From the IMG/VR virus record IMGVR_UViG_3300034073_000472: a DNA stretch of 30,968 nt; one strand, given 5' to 3'. This document shows, in pieces, positions 7,551 to 17,122 of this stretch; the stretch's first letter is position 1, and each line of letters begins with the position of its first letter. A program made the translations under genes and the position numbers. Below the pieces are notes generated by a model that was not told the origin of the DNA, searched no databases, and was given only the letters and a program-made list of their open reading frames with translations. This DNA is from a virus.

Positions 7551-8479
7551 AGTTCTCCTAATTCTTTCAATTTGGATGCTGCCCAGCGTTTACCTGCAAG
7601 ACCTCCCCATAGTAAATAACTGATCGTGCCGCATGCTTTCGTGTCTCCTTCATCGTAATACTCTTCGGCTCTTGACAGGTACGAATGCATCCGCTTGATG
7701 GTCTCTACGCTGATGGGCTTGCCTTGAGCCAATTGCTGCGCTCTGACCTTTCCGACAGGGGTAGCACACTTGTTTCCGTTTTTCTCATTCAGCTCAATGC
7801 CTCGCTTTGCGTTATTCCGGACTCCGGATGGGTAGTCAGAGTATGACTCTAACTCTGTGCGGTTTCCTGATTTCTTTCTGCCGTCTCTCTTGATGATCCC
7901 CACGATCTGCGACAGGAGTAAGGCCGCCTCTTGCTCTTCGATGCGTTCCAACTCCTGATTGTTGAAGTTCATCTTGTCTACAAAGTATCCCTCAATGCTG
8001 AAGCCCTTGACCTTTCCTGTTTTTACCCATCCGTCCCAGATCTCCGGGTTGTTTACTTTCATGGAAACCATCCACGTTCCGACCGGAAGGTCAAACCCGT
8101 ACTTGCGACTCTTGTCGTGGGTTTCATCCTCAATTATCCACGACTCTACAACCGTGAGGCCATTGATTCCGACCTCATGCTCCAAGGTGGCATTATTCTG
8201 CTTCGCTTTCTGGAAAAACAATTCGCTTGCTTTCCGGATAGTCCCCTCGCTGAAGTAAACGTAAAATTCGCTCTCCCCATCCACTCGGTAAATGGGCTTG
8301 TTCGGAACAAGAGCAGCACCCATAAGTATTCGCTTCTCTTCGTTCTGCGTAGCGAACTCCACCCGTTGAGAATTTAGAGCGATAAAGTCCTCTTCGATAG
8401 CAGGATGCTCTACAAGTGAAATAGCATCAATGCCCGTGAGGGCCATCGACTCGTCAAGTATTAGTTCGATTAGTTTCAT
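7547..8479 (-). CDS. XkdF-like prohead serine protease with an extra C-terminal domain (310 aa)
   Basis: The N-terminal 170 aa match the XkdF-type pattern as I recall it (ISLVEHPAIEEDF, ILMGAALVPNKPIYR, TLEHE, VVESWII, WMVSMKVNNPEIWDGWVKTGKVKGFSIEG). It lies upstream of the scaffold and capsid genes. Confidence 0.7.
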   Translation of the reverse strand: MKLIELILDESMALTGIDAISLVEHPAIEEDFIALNSQRVEFATQNEEKRILMGAALVPNKPIYRVDGESEFYVYFSEGTIRKASELFFQKAKQNNATLEHEVGINGLTVVESWIIEDETHDKSRKYGFDLPVGTWMVSMKVNNPEIWDGWVKTGKVKGFSIEGYFVDKMNFNNQELERIEEQEAALLLSQIVGIIKRDGRKKSGNRTELESYSDYPSGVRNNAKRGIELNEKNGNKCATPVGKVRAQQLAQGKPISVETIKRMHSYLSRAEEYYDEGDTKACGTISYLLWGGLAGKRWAASKLKELGEL

Positions 8480-10353
8480 CCGAATGTTGCAGTTTTTACT
8501 CGTTGGCGTTCTAATTGTTGTGCGGTGGTTACATCCTGACCGACTACGTAAGCTCTGACAGGTTGGTTGAACTGACTGCCGATGGTCTGTGCAAGTTGGT
8601 TGATTCCAGATTGTCCCACAATGTTGAATTGAGCAGGCTGCGCTGGCTGACTTAAAGTGTTGGTGATGGTGGATCCCCCACCTGTTGCACCGGATGCCTC
8701 CGTAGGTACCTGCGTTGCCGTAATCTGACGTGCATTAGCAATACCCGATGCGATGATACCTGCCGCACCGATGTAACCGAATATACCACCCTGAGCAAGG
8801 GCTTTAGTAGCACCTGTGTAGGTGTCAATCGTTACCTGTGCCAAAGCGATGGCTTTTCCGAGTACCGTGTTTTCCCCAACGAGTTGAGCAACACCTTGCA
8901 ATGCACCTTTGATGGTAGCAAGTTTCGCCTCTTGCAGATTTTTCTCTAACTGCAAACGACCTGCTGCATTCTCTGCCTCCAATACCTTCAGTGCATTTTC
9001 GGCTTCTGCTCTCTGGGCGGTTCCCTCCTTAAATGTTGCAATCTCGGCCTCCAGCAATGCTTTCTTTTTCTGGAACACGTTTTCGGCAATCTCGATCTGC
9101 TTCTCAGCTACGGCTACCTCATTGTCCAGAAGTTCGAGTTGAGCATTCTGTTGGATCTCAAAGATCTCTTGGTCTGTTGCGGCAATACCCTTGTCAATCT
9201 CCAATTGCTCCTTTAGCAAGGAGTTCTGATTGGCAAGCGCTTCTGACTTTTGACCCTGTAAACGCTCATCCAAGTCCGTGAGTTCCAACTGCGCCTGCTT
9301 CAGGGCTACAAGGTTCTCATTGGTCTTGTTGATCTCATACTCCGCAGCGATTGCTGCTACCTTGATCTTTATTTGTTCACGCTCTAACTCTGCCTGTTGC
9401 TGCAAGGATGCTAAAAGGTCAGCATTCGCCTTCTGGCGTTCTGCAATAGAGTTTTGCTCATCATCACGCAACTGCCGCAATTGCTCTTGCGTATTCTGGA
9501 ACTCTAATTGTATTTTTTGCCGTTGCACCTCAGCAAGAGCCGCTGCCTTCTGCAACTCCACAAGACGCTCGGCCTGATTGATGGCCTTTGTTACATCAAG
9601 TTCCTGAACCGTCTTAGCAACCTTTGTAGCGACTGCGACCACCGTGTTGGCTACCTCACTTGCTGCTTCCGCAAGATTGTTTACCACCATCTTACCGGAT
9701 TCGAGCAGATTCTCTCCCGTCTTTTTCAGCTCTTCACGGGTTACTGCAATCTCCTTGTTTAGTTCCTTGATGCGTGTAGCATCCTTGTCTCCAAAAAATG
9801 ATTGTTCCCATGCAAGCTGAACCTCCTGCACCGCAAGTTTGATTCCCTGAATGATCCCAACGAATACGTTAAGCACGCCACTAATAAGCCCGCCTAATAC
9901 CTTTTTCGTTGCGTCAAAGCCACCATTTAGTTTGCTCTGCTCTTCTACTGCTCCGAAGATCGCTTCGGTGATCTGGTTGAAGATTATGCTCAGGGTAGTC
10001 ATGACCTTGTTCACGGCATCGACTACCTTTTGGTTGGCATTAAATGATTCGGATAGTTTGTCTACCGCACCAACAATTAAACCCAGACCAAGACCGCCCT
10101 TTAGTAGCGTTCCCAATCCGGATGCTGCTTTCTTTGCAAGTTCAAAAGGTGCGGTAACTACCTTTTTCAGCCCATTAAATGTTTTGCTGATGGCAGTACC
10201 TGTCTTTTTGGCCTCCTTACCTAAATCAGCAGTAGCATCTTGCGTACTGCCAAGTTTTTTCTCAAGTTCCTCGATCTTTTTGTTTAGCGCATCAATCTGC
10301 TGCTGAAACCCTGAAGTATCTCCCTGAATCTTTATGTTTTCAACTACGGCCAT
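8476..10353 (-). CDS. Tape-measure-like protein, or alternatively an internal/ejection protein (625 aa)
   Basis: Long coiled-coil (Q/E/A/L-rich) centre flanked by Gly-rich hydrophobic segments (LLKGGLGLGLIVGAV; GGIFGYIGAAGIIASGIANA). It is the largest helical protein in the virion module. Confidence 0.6.
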   Translation of the reverse strand: MAVVENIKIQGDTSGFQQQIDALNKKIEELEKKLGSTQDATADLGKEAKKTGTAISKTFNGLKKVVTAPFELAKKAASGLGTLLKGGLGLGLIVGAVDKLSESFNANQKVVDAVNKVMTTLSIIFNQITEAIFGAVEEQSKLNGGFDATKKVLGGLISGVLNVFVGIIQGIKLAVQEVQLAWEQSFFGDKDATRIKELNKEIAVTREELKKTGENLLESGKMVVNNLAEAASEVANTVVAVATKVAKTVQELDVTKAINQAERLVELQKAAALAEVQRQKIQLEFQNTQEQLRQLRDDEQNSIAERQKANADLLASLQQQAELEREQIKIKVAAIAAEYEINKTNENLVALKQAQLELTDLDERLQGQKSEALANQNSLLKEQLEIDKGIAATDQEIFEIQQNAQLELLDNEVAVAEKQIEIAENVFQKKKALLEAEIATFKEGTAQRAEAENALKVLEAENAAGRLQLEKNLQEAKLATIKGALQGVAQLVGENTVLGKAIALAQVTIDTYTGATKALAQGGIFGYIGAAGIIASGIANARQITATQVPTEASGATGGGSTITNTLSQPAQPAQFNIVGQSGINQLAQTIGSQFNQPVRAYVVGQDVTTAQQLERQRVKTATFG

Positions 10354-10490
10354 CGTCTACGTTTTAGAAACTCCTGCCATGTCTTTGGAATAGCATACTT
10401 GCCCTTTGCAATCTCAATTGTCTCCGGTGCATTACGATACTCGCTTGCCTGCAGTAATTCGATTAAATAACCTAAATAGCTTGGCTTCAT
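10344..10490 (-). CDS. Small ORF (48 aa) between the tail protein and the tape-measure-like gene
   Basis: Hand translation from ATG 10490-10488: MKPSYLGYLIELLQASEYRNAPETIEIAKGKYAIPKTWQEFLKRRRWP, ending at TAG. It starts 2 nt after the 734-aa stop and overlaps the 625-aa start by 10 nt. The position is like that of a tail chaperone, but there is no sequence evidence for that. Confidence 0.3.
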   Translation of the reverse strand: MKPSYLGYLIELLQASEYRNAPETIEIAKGKYAIPKTWQEFLKRRRWP

Positions 10491-10492
10491 AC

Positions 10493-12697
10493 TCAAGATA
10501 CTTCAGATGGGAACAACGGCTCTGATGGCGTTGCGTAGATTCCCGTTGTGGTTGATTGGTCTTCGTTTAGCAACTCAAAGCGGCAACGGCCTGTGGTCAT
10601 ATTAACCGCAACCGAGTTCACCGTGAAGCGGCTATTATTCCAAATGACCTTGTTTTGCAGGTTCAGAGTTAGAATCTTGCCAAGTGGCAATACCGCATCC
10701 ACCTGTACGAGCCTGCGGCTCTTGTTGTAAAGCCCTGCAATGTAGTCAGCCCAATAGTTGTAGTACAATCCATTCTTAACCACCTGCAAGAAGTAGGGGT
10801 CAATGTTCGCACCGAAGCACATACTATTAGCCTCAAAGAGCGTTTGGTCGTAGCGGTTTGATACGTTGGCATACCAACAATTGGTAATTGTCCGTGTGGT
10901 CGTTCCATCAGAATCCACCCACATAATTGGCTCATCAAAGAACGTGAAGTCCGTATCAAAGTACCCATAGAACAATACAGGCGCACCCAAGTATGGGTTG
11001 AACGTGCCATCTTCGTTCGTCTCGCTTGTGATGCTCTTGTACACGAGTACACCCGTCAACGTATCGGGGTCGGCTAAATCGCTTAAGCGTTCAAACAGGG
11101 GGCATTCAAACGGAATGTCAATGGTGAAGTTGTCAGCATCAAAAATAAATGTTGCTTTAAGGTCACCGAATCCTACCGAGTTGGTCTGCTGATATTGGAA
11201 ACCAAGTATCTGCTCGGTGGGTTGGTATTTGAACTCAATCTCACGATAGATTGGCGGGCGGTTTACTGAATACTCCGTGATGTCAAAGTACGTTTGGTAG
11301 TTCTGATTTGTGCCATCAGCATACCATTCGCTCAAGGGCTGAAGCAAGAAACTACCATCGCTCTGCGGAACCAATACGAGGTTGTGCATCTTCATAATAC
11401 CAGAGAGAAAGTCCGTTACCCGCATTTCAGGCATAAGGTCAGACACAATCAATTTGAAGCTAATGGTCTGCGAAGTGGTGCGGTCAACCGAGAACTCGTT
11501 TGCCACAGGTAGATTCGTTTCTCGGTCTAATTGGTCGCAACTATAATCAGTTGGCAGGAACGTAATGGAATTGGTTGCCTGTGGGCGGATGGCAAGTTGA
11601 ACATCAGTACCCAAAGGCACATACAGGTCAAAGGTTCTTTGGATGCTTGTGACGTGGGAATTTACAAGAGCCGATGCCTGCAACTGACCATTGAAGAAAA
11701 TACCAAGCTCGTAGTTCTCGGTGCAACTGCCCATTGTTACCACAAATCGGTAGTCGTTATCGGCAGGGCTTGTCCACGTTTCGGTAGCAAGGTTGAAGTC
11801 GGTTCCGCTTCCCGTGTTGCGGGTGAAGTCAATTAACGTCCAAGCAATGTCATTACCGCTTGAAAATAGATAGCCTTCTGCTCGGTGTAACCATAGCGAC
11901 AGGTCAACAAACGGAACGGATGTCAAGAAGTCCCCTGAAAAGGTGATGCCGTATTTCGCTTCCATAGCGTCTAACACAGACGTGACCTTGATTGCAGGCT
12001 TCAATTCGTACCAATGGATGCCGTGAACGCCCGAAGCATTGTCAGCGATGTTGTTATCGTTGGTGTCTGCTCCGCTTGAATTGTAGTACCAATTCTTGAC
12101 AGGACTCATCAACGGATAAAAGAACTCAAAGTCGGTATCTGCAATGAAGCGAATGCGTACCTCGTCATCCGTGTACTCGTGGTCAAACTTGCTGAAGTCA
12201 AGGTCGTACAAGTGGTCATCACCAAACAGGTCGGTCAGGTTTACCAACTCCCCATAGAAGGTCAGCGTGTAGGCATACGGCTCCGTGCCTTTGAGCTGCA
12301 CGTTCTCAATCTCAATCACCCCTGTCCGGAACGGAAGTGAGTTGATCTCGATTCTTGCTGGTTGGCGTAAACGGCCATCAAACGTATTGGTTATGCTTGT
12401 GCTTGATGCACCCGCATTCCAAGCCGTAGTCCACGTGTTCCAATTGATTCCGATGCTATTCCAGACCGGACTGCCTGCGGTTTCAGTCGTAACTTTTGAA
12501 CCCGTGATATTCCAATTGTAGTAGTGCTGAAGTATCTCGTTGTTTCTGGGGCTTGCAGGCACGGTGAATCCCTGCGTGAAGTCTGTGAAGACCTTGCTGA
12601 TGTCCTGCACATTCTGCACCGACAGGTTGATGCTGATCTCTTCATCATCGAACAGATCCAACCGGAAACCATTGACGTATATGTCTACCTTGTTCAT
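10493..12697 (-). CDS. Large tail/baseplate structural protein (734 aa)
   Basis: N-terminus NGFRLDLFDDEEISINLSVQNVQDISKVFTDFTQGFTVPASPRNNEIL is typical of phage distal tail proteins as I recall them. It overlaps the upstream 404-aa gene by 4 nt and contains the VWNSIGINWNTW motif. Confidence 0.65.
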   Translation of the reverse strand: MNKVDIYVNGFRLDLFDDEEISINLSVQNVQDISKVFTDFTQGFTVPASPRNNEILQHYYNWNITGSKVTTETAGSPVWNSIGINWNTWTTAWNAGASSTSITNTFDGRLRQPARIEINSLPFRTGVIEIENVQLKGTEPYAYTLTFYGELVNLTDLFGDDHLYDLDFSKFDHEYTDDEVRIRFIADTDFEFFYPLMSPVKNWYYNSSGADTNDNNIADNASGVHGIHWYELKPAIKVTSVLDAMEAKYGITFSGDFLTSVPFVDLSLWLHRAEGYLFSSGNDIAWTLIDFTRNTGSGTDFNLATETWTSPADNDYRFVVTMGSCTENYELGIFFNGQLQASALVNSHVTSIQRTFDLYVPLGTDVQLAIRPQATNSITFLPTDYSCDQLDRETNLPVANEFSVDRTTSQTISFKLIVSDLMPEMRVTDFLSGIMKMHNLVLVPQSDGSFLLQPLSEWYADGTNQNYQTYFDITEYSVNRPPIYREIEFKYQPTEQILGFQYQQTNSVGFGDLKATFIFDADNFTIDIPFECPLFERLSDLADPDTLTGVLVYKSITSETNEDGTFNPYLGAPVLFYGYFDTDFTFFDEPIMWVDSDGTTTRTITNCWYANVSNRYDQTLFEANSMCFGANIDPYFLQVVKNGLYYNYWADYIAGLYNKSRRLVQVDAVLPLGKILTLNLQNKVIWNNSRFTVNSVAVNMTTGRCRFELLNEDQSTTTGIYATPSEPLFPSEVS

Positions 12698-13908
12698 CGT
12701 ACTAAACTGCGCTCATCAAATCCGTAGGTGAAGGTAAGCGTGTAATTGATCAGCTTCTGGTTTACGTGCTTTTGGTATTCGATAGTTCCTCGATCCGGAA
12801 CGACAGAAACCCAATTGCTACCATCCAGAACTGCTACGTACTCACTCATGAGGATGTCTTTGATGGTTTCATCGTAGTCCTGATCCACGAAGCCCGTGTT
12901 CAGCGTTAGCGAGTTTCTGGAGTTTACGTTGAAGGAATTGTACTTACCCACCTCAAGAGATGGCGTAGTGAAGCCATCGTTGTAGATGCTCTTTTGGTAG
13001 GTGTCCTGCGTGAACGTGCCTCGTTCATCGCTTCGCTTGAAGAAGGTGATGAAGTCGGCAACTCCGTAGCGGTTGATGAATGCGATTTGGTATGGCGTGT
13101 ACTTTGGCTCACATACGAGGTAGTAGCGTACTGATGCAATCGTGTCGCCTCCGGTATCTTTTAGAATCACATCGTAATAATCCCCGATGTCGTGGTTTGA
13201 TGGTTTGATGAGGTTGTCAACCCAAGCGTTGTTCTGAAGGTTGGCAGGACCAACGCCTGCGTAGATTATTAGGTCTTGCGTGTTGGTGCTTGTAGGGTCA
13301 GGTGGGGTGGTGCTTGATACGCTTGTGTAGAATGTATCAGCATCGCCATTGTTCCAAGCAATCTCAATCTCACCCAAATCATTTGCAACGCTATTGTTGA
13401 TCGCAAGCACCTCATAGTTACTCGGTAGGCATTGGCGATCTCTGGATGTTGCGAGAACGGCTTGGCTTACCGAAGTGGGTGTGATGTTTGTCATCGCTGC
13501 CCATCCATCCGTAGTGATGTATGCGTAGGTGGTTCCCGAACCCCAAACCGAAGTAGTGGCTGCCGCCCCGTTGTTTGAGTATGTCCAATCCCCCTGTGGT
13601 CGTACCCATAGGCATTCGCCCTGTGGACTCTGAGTGTAGCCGATGTCGTTCCAAATGCTGAAGTCATGGTAAAACTCCGAGCGTACCAAGTCGCTCACCT
13701 CAAAGTTGATTACCTCGTTGATTGAGTAGCCCTTTGCGAGGTTGTAGTTGTTGGTTGCGGATGCTGCTTTGGCTCCCGTGTAGATAGCAAGATTCAAAGT
13801 CATCTCATCTAAGCGGTCGTTGGCAAGGACATTGTTCTTTCCGGTGATGAATTGCGGGCTACGAGCCATCGCAAGACTGCTCGGTGTAGATAAAACAGGT
13901 ACGCTCAT
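12694..13908 (-). CDS. Tail/virion structural protein (404 aa)
   Basis: Ser/Thr/Asn-rich beta-type protein, translationally coupled (4-nt overlaps) to both the upstream 175-aa gene and the downstream 734-aa gene. Confidence 0.6.
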   Translation of the reverse strand: MSVPVLSTPSSLAMARSPQFITGKNNVLANDRLDEMTLNLAIYTGAKAASATNNYNLAKGYSINEVINFEVSDLVRSEFYHDFSIWNDIGYTQSPQGECLWVRPQGDWTYSNNGAAATTSVWGSGTTYAYITTDGWAAMTNITPTSVSQAVLATSRDRQCLPSNYEVLAINNSVANDLGEIEIAWNNGDADTFYTSVSSTTPPDPTSTNTQDLIIYAGVGPANLQNNAWVDNLIKPSNHDIGDYYDVILKDTGGDTIASVRYYLVCEPKYTPYQIAFINRYGVADFITFFKRSDERGTFTQDTYQKSIYNDGFTTPSLEVGKYNSFNVNSRNSLTLNTGFVDQDYDETIKDILMSEYVAVLDGSNWVSVVPDRGTIEYQKHVNQKLINYTLTFTYGFDERSLVR

Positions 13909-14432
13909 TTCGTTGATATTTTAATGTCCTCAGCAGTAATCTGCAATGCTTTTAGAATGTCCGGTGGTAACTTATTGAAACCCAATGCAAAAGGGGTGCT
14001 AAAAAACTTTGTAGGGGCAATACCCTGTCGGTATACTGCCTCTCTCACTGCATAGGGGTTTAACCCTTTGGATGTTGCCCATTGCTTGAATGCAGATACA
14101 GGGGGCTTTTTATCCCTGAACTTAAAAGGGCTATTCGGTGCTTTCTGTTTCCAGATCTTGCCCTTGTTATTCCGTCTGTTGAACTGACTCGTTGTTTTTC
14201 TGGTTCCACCGGCACCCTTTACTCCCTCATCCTGATAAAGCCCGTACTCATCCATCCGGAACACCAGAGAGAATTTGTCCTTGTCTACATAGATTGAATA
14301 GTCAAGGGAATTGTACAACTCCTTGCTAAAGTTGTGTTTCCCCTTTGTGAGGTTGGTGCGGGCTTGCTGAATAACATATTTAGCAAACCGGACTAAAACA
14401 CCCTGTACCAAGTCCTCACGTGCCATTAGCAA
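13905..14432 (-). CDS. Putative head-tail joining / tail-completion protein (HK97 gp10-like pattern, 175 aa)
   Basis: Pattern FAKYVIQQARTNL...YGLYQDEGVKGAGG together with its position in the neck/tail gene run. The motif match is weak. Confidence 0.45.
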   Translation of the reverse strand: MLMAREDLVQGVLVRFAKYVIQQARTNLTKGKHNFSKELYNSLDYSIYVDKDKFSLVFRMDEYGLYQDEGVKGAGGTRKTTSQFNRRNNKGKIWKQKAPNSPFKFRDKKPPVSAFKQWATSKGLNPYAVREAVYRQGIAPTKFFSTPFALGFNKLPPDILKALQITAEDIKISTK

Positions 14433-14893
14433 ATAGATATTTCGGTATTGGCAAGTCTTACGTCAAACGTAGCCGTCCATCCAGCAAGAAGGTTCTCAAA
14501 ACGCTCTGTGAACGGAACTGCCGTAGCCTGACCTTCTAATTGGTAGAGGTCGGAGTATAGCGTTCCTCTCCGCAATTCCGTAACCACATCGTTAATCACC
14601 GCAAGTTGGGTATTTAGAATATCCTGCTCGTTGCTGATCCCATAAAACGGCTCTGCCTGATCTCTCAGATCCTCTTTGGTTTCATCCACCAGATCCATGC
14701 AAACGAGCGATACGTTCATCAGGACTGTTTGCCCATCGAATGTTGCTTGGTTCACAATGATGTGGCTCAAAGGGAAAATGCTCTGCTTGTTTAAGTCCAC
14801 ATCAAAGATGTCCCCGGTCGTAACCACATTAACTTGGCTATGCGCTGCAAGGGCATCCTTGAGCTTTTTGGTGATGTCGTAAAACTGCCTCAT
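14426..14893 (-). CDS. Putative neck/tail-completion protein (155 aa)
   Basis: Size and position in the run after terL. It overlaps the next gene by 7 nt. No named motif. Confidence 0.45.
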   Translation of the reverse strand: MRQFYDITKKLKDALAAHSQVNVVTTGDIFDVDLNKQSIFPLSHIIVNQATFDGQTVLMNVSLVCMDLVDETKEDLRDQAEPFYGISNEQDILNTQLAVINDVVTELRRGTLYSDLYQLEGQATAVPFTERFENLLAGWTATFDVRLANTEISIC

Positions 14894-14906
14894 TTCTTTA
14901 GTTTTT

Positions 14907-15620
14907 CTAATTGCTTTCGCTCAATGTCGTATCGTTCTTTTTCAAAAACGAGAAATGTGAAGGCCTCATGAACTCCAAGTTTTCCAACTCTTTCAAATCT
15001 CGTAACATCCCCTTGAGCGAGTTGATGGAATGAAGAGTACCATCCCCACTTTGCTCCAAATTGCGCTTCTGGTGTGTATTCGTTTTGGGGTTCTCCAAAT
15101 AGTTCAGAGTAGCGGTCAGTAAGTCGTTTCCTAAACGATAAAAAAAAAGCGTAGCCCCCATCACAACGTCCATAGGTGCCTGCTTCATTACGTCCGAGTA
15201 TTTGTGTGCTGATTCGTATGGCTCTATGTCATACCTCTTATGGGCACGTTCAATTATAGGCCGGTACAAGACCGCCATAGTCATGTGCATATTCTGTACA
15301 TCACTCATGTAATTGTCCAGATCCACGTACTCGCCAAAGGTCATCTCTTCGAGGTTGGGTATGAACCCAAACGTCTGTTCTCCAATGGTGAACTCTTGCT
15401 TCAACGCAGGACGCTCTGATAGCATGGCGTTGATGTGCCTCATCACATTCGCAACACTTGCAAACCGGACTTTGGGCAACTGATCCAATGGCACACCGCA
15501 AAAGATCTCCAGCATCTTATGGGTTAGAAATTCCTCATCCCCCTCAAGGCGAGCAAACCTTTGGTACTGCTCGAGGGTGATCTCTGATAGGGTGGTGGGT
15601 ACAATTACCTTGAGTTCCAT
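14907..15620 (-). CDS. Hypothetical protein (237 aa), first gene after terL
   Basis: ATG ORF ending in TAG, with a TAA two codons later. The stretch FGFIPNLEEMTFGEYVDLDNYM...MAVLYRPI recurs in phage morphogenesis-region proteins as I recall. The function is not assignable. Confidence 0.5.
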   Translation of the reverse strand: MELKVIVPTTLSEITLEQYQRFARLEGDEEFLTHKMLEIFCGVPLDQLPKVRFASVANVMRHINAMLSERPALKQEFTIGEQTFGFIPNLEEMTFGEYVDLDNYMSDVQNMHMTMAVLYRPIIERAHKRYDIEPYESAHKYSDVMKQAPMDVVMGATLFFYRLGNDLLTATLNYLENPKTNTHQKRNLEQSGDGTLHSINSLKGMLRDLKELENLEFMRPSHFSFLKKNDTTLSESN

Positions 15621-15642
15621 CTAATAAAATAACCTTGTGAAT

Positions 15643-16809
15643 TTAACGTATGGCATACCTGCCGTAATTAGGTCTGCTCAACTTATTGTAGGCCGCATAG
15701 CGGACGGCATCAATCGCATGGTTGAACGCATCTATGGGCTTGTTAAGCAGGTTTCCGTTCTTGTCTTCGACCCACTTGTAGTTCTGCAATTCTTTTTCCA
15801 GATTCTTGCTTCGTGGGGTGATGAATAGTCTATGTCTCTTCAGCATATCAATGCCCACGTTGATCGAATCGTTGCCCTTCTGGGTCGGCTTTACATTCCA
15901 CCCCATCCTGTGCAATTCCTCGATGCTCTTCGGTTCTGCGCTATCGGCAAAGATCTCGGACCTCCGGTCAAGCCCCAGATCCTTCAGCCGGTTGGCAATA
16001 TCTGGGTTGGTCATTCCTGTTTGGTAAAATAGCTCATCCAGATAAAGGTTGTCTCCGGACTTGTATACTGCTACCAATGTGCTGGGGTCATTCGTAAAAC
16101 CGAAGTCAAGTCCGTACGATAGCAGACTCGCCTCTTGCGGAATGTCATGGAGTCCAAACTGAAAAATCGTAGCACGACTCATGCCACGTTCTCCCAGACC
16201 ATAGACCCGCCAATAGTCATCATCCGTTCCCTTCAGTCGTTCGATCTCCTGTATAATTGTTTCATCCAGAAACGGATTGTCCTTGTAGGTGGTCTGATAG
16301 AACTCGCAGTCCTCACGGGTCAGCACCTTGTCGTAGATCCAGTGAAACGCATCTGACGGGTTATAGTCAAGGATCACCTTGCCATCGGTACGGAATATCA
16401 ACTGCTGCCAATCCTCGTAAAAGAGTTCATTGGCCTCGTTGATGTACAACAGGTTCCGTTTTCGCCCTCTGATCTTCTGGGGCTGGTCAAGTGAGATGAA
16501 CTCAATCAAGTTCCCATTCAGATAGTACTCTGAGTTGGACTTGTTATGATGTTCCTCTCGGTAGAGGTTATACTGACGTAGGATGTCGAAGAAGTCCCGC
16601 ATCACAGATGCCCGGAGTGATGGAAATGATTTGCGGCAAATGGTGATTGTCTTGCTCTTCTCCTTTACCGAATAGCTGAAGATGATCCATAACAGGATGT
16701 TGTAGGTCTTCCCGGAACGGGTACCCCCCTGCTCAACCGTGATTCGTTTCTCTGATCTCTCGAGGTGAGCAAATACCTTATTCGTTTGAATCTCCGAGTA
16801 TGCGGACAT
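15643..16809 (-). CDS. terL: Terminase large subunit (388 aa, PBSX/Terminase_3-like)
   Basis: Walker A is QGGTRSGKTY and Walker B is NLLYINEANE. The C-terminal nuclease region has GLDFGFTNDPS, ADSAEPKSI and NHAIDAVRYA. Confidence 0.9.
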   Translation of the reverse strand: MSAYSEIQTNKVFAHLERSEKRITVEQGGTRSGKTYNILLWIIFSYSVKEKSKTITICRKSFPSLRASVMRDFFDILRQYNLYREEHHNKSNSEYYLNGNLIEFISLDQPQKIRGRKRNLLYINEANELFYEDWQQLIFRTDGKVILDYNPSDAFHWIYDKVLTREDCEFYQTTYKDNPFLDETIIQEIERLKGTDDDYWRVYGLGERGMSRATIFQFGLHDIPQEASLLSYGLDFGFTNDPSTLVAVYKSGDNLYLDELFYQTGMTNPDIANRLKDLGLDRRSEIFADSAEPKSIEELHRMGWNVKPTQKGNDSINVGIDMLKRHRLFITPRSKNLEKELQNYKWVEDKNGNLLNKPIDAFNHAIDAVRYAAYNKLSRPNYGRYAIR

Positions 16810-17122
16810 TGAATAAGTTTTCTGTTGTCTGCTGGACTTCTTGTCTTTCGATGTATCCCCGATTCTTGCCCTTTGTCTTCAGGAAAAATATCGTAGCCGT
16901 AGAATTGCCCTCCCTGATCTGTTTGTGCAATTGGCTCTCCGCAAAGTCAAGAGCCATATCTCCGATGCTATCGACTTTCTCTTTGTACTCCGGATCCTCT
17001 TTCAGCCATCGGTAGTGGGTCTCTCTGGATATTCCCACGGACTTGGTAGCCGTAGTTACAATCCCGAGCGATTTCTCAAGGGCTTCAATCATCTGCCCTT
17101 TTTTAATGTCAGTCGTTGTCAT
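16778..17122 (-). CDS. terS: Terminase small subunit, HTH type (114 aa)
   Basis: The HTH is GIVTTATKSVGISRETHYRWLKEDPEYKEKV, followed by NSTATIFFLKTKGKNRGY. It overlaps terL by 32 nt. Confidence 0.75.
   Translation of the reverse strand: MTTTDIKKGQMIEALEKSLGIVTTATKSVGISRETHYRWLKEDPEYKEKVDSIGDMALDFAESQLHKQIREGNSTATIFFLKTKGKNRGYIERQEVQQTTENLFNVRILGDSNE

Noticed and set aside
8909-10306. A series of plus-strand ORFs (77-151 aa) across the tape-measure-like gene
   Set aside because: They are shadow ORFs antisense to a long, repetitive coiled-coil gene with few stop codons on the opposite strand. Their composition is Ser/Phe/Cys-rich and not protein-like.
10669-13654. Internal minus-strand ORFs within the large tail genes (10669..11052, 12391..12672, 12924..13139, 13418..13654)
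   Set aside because: They are out-of-frame and fully nested in long, well-supported structural genes. Their composition is Arg/Ser/Thr/Cys-rich and typical of off-frame translation.
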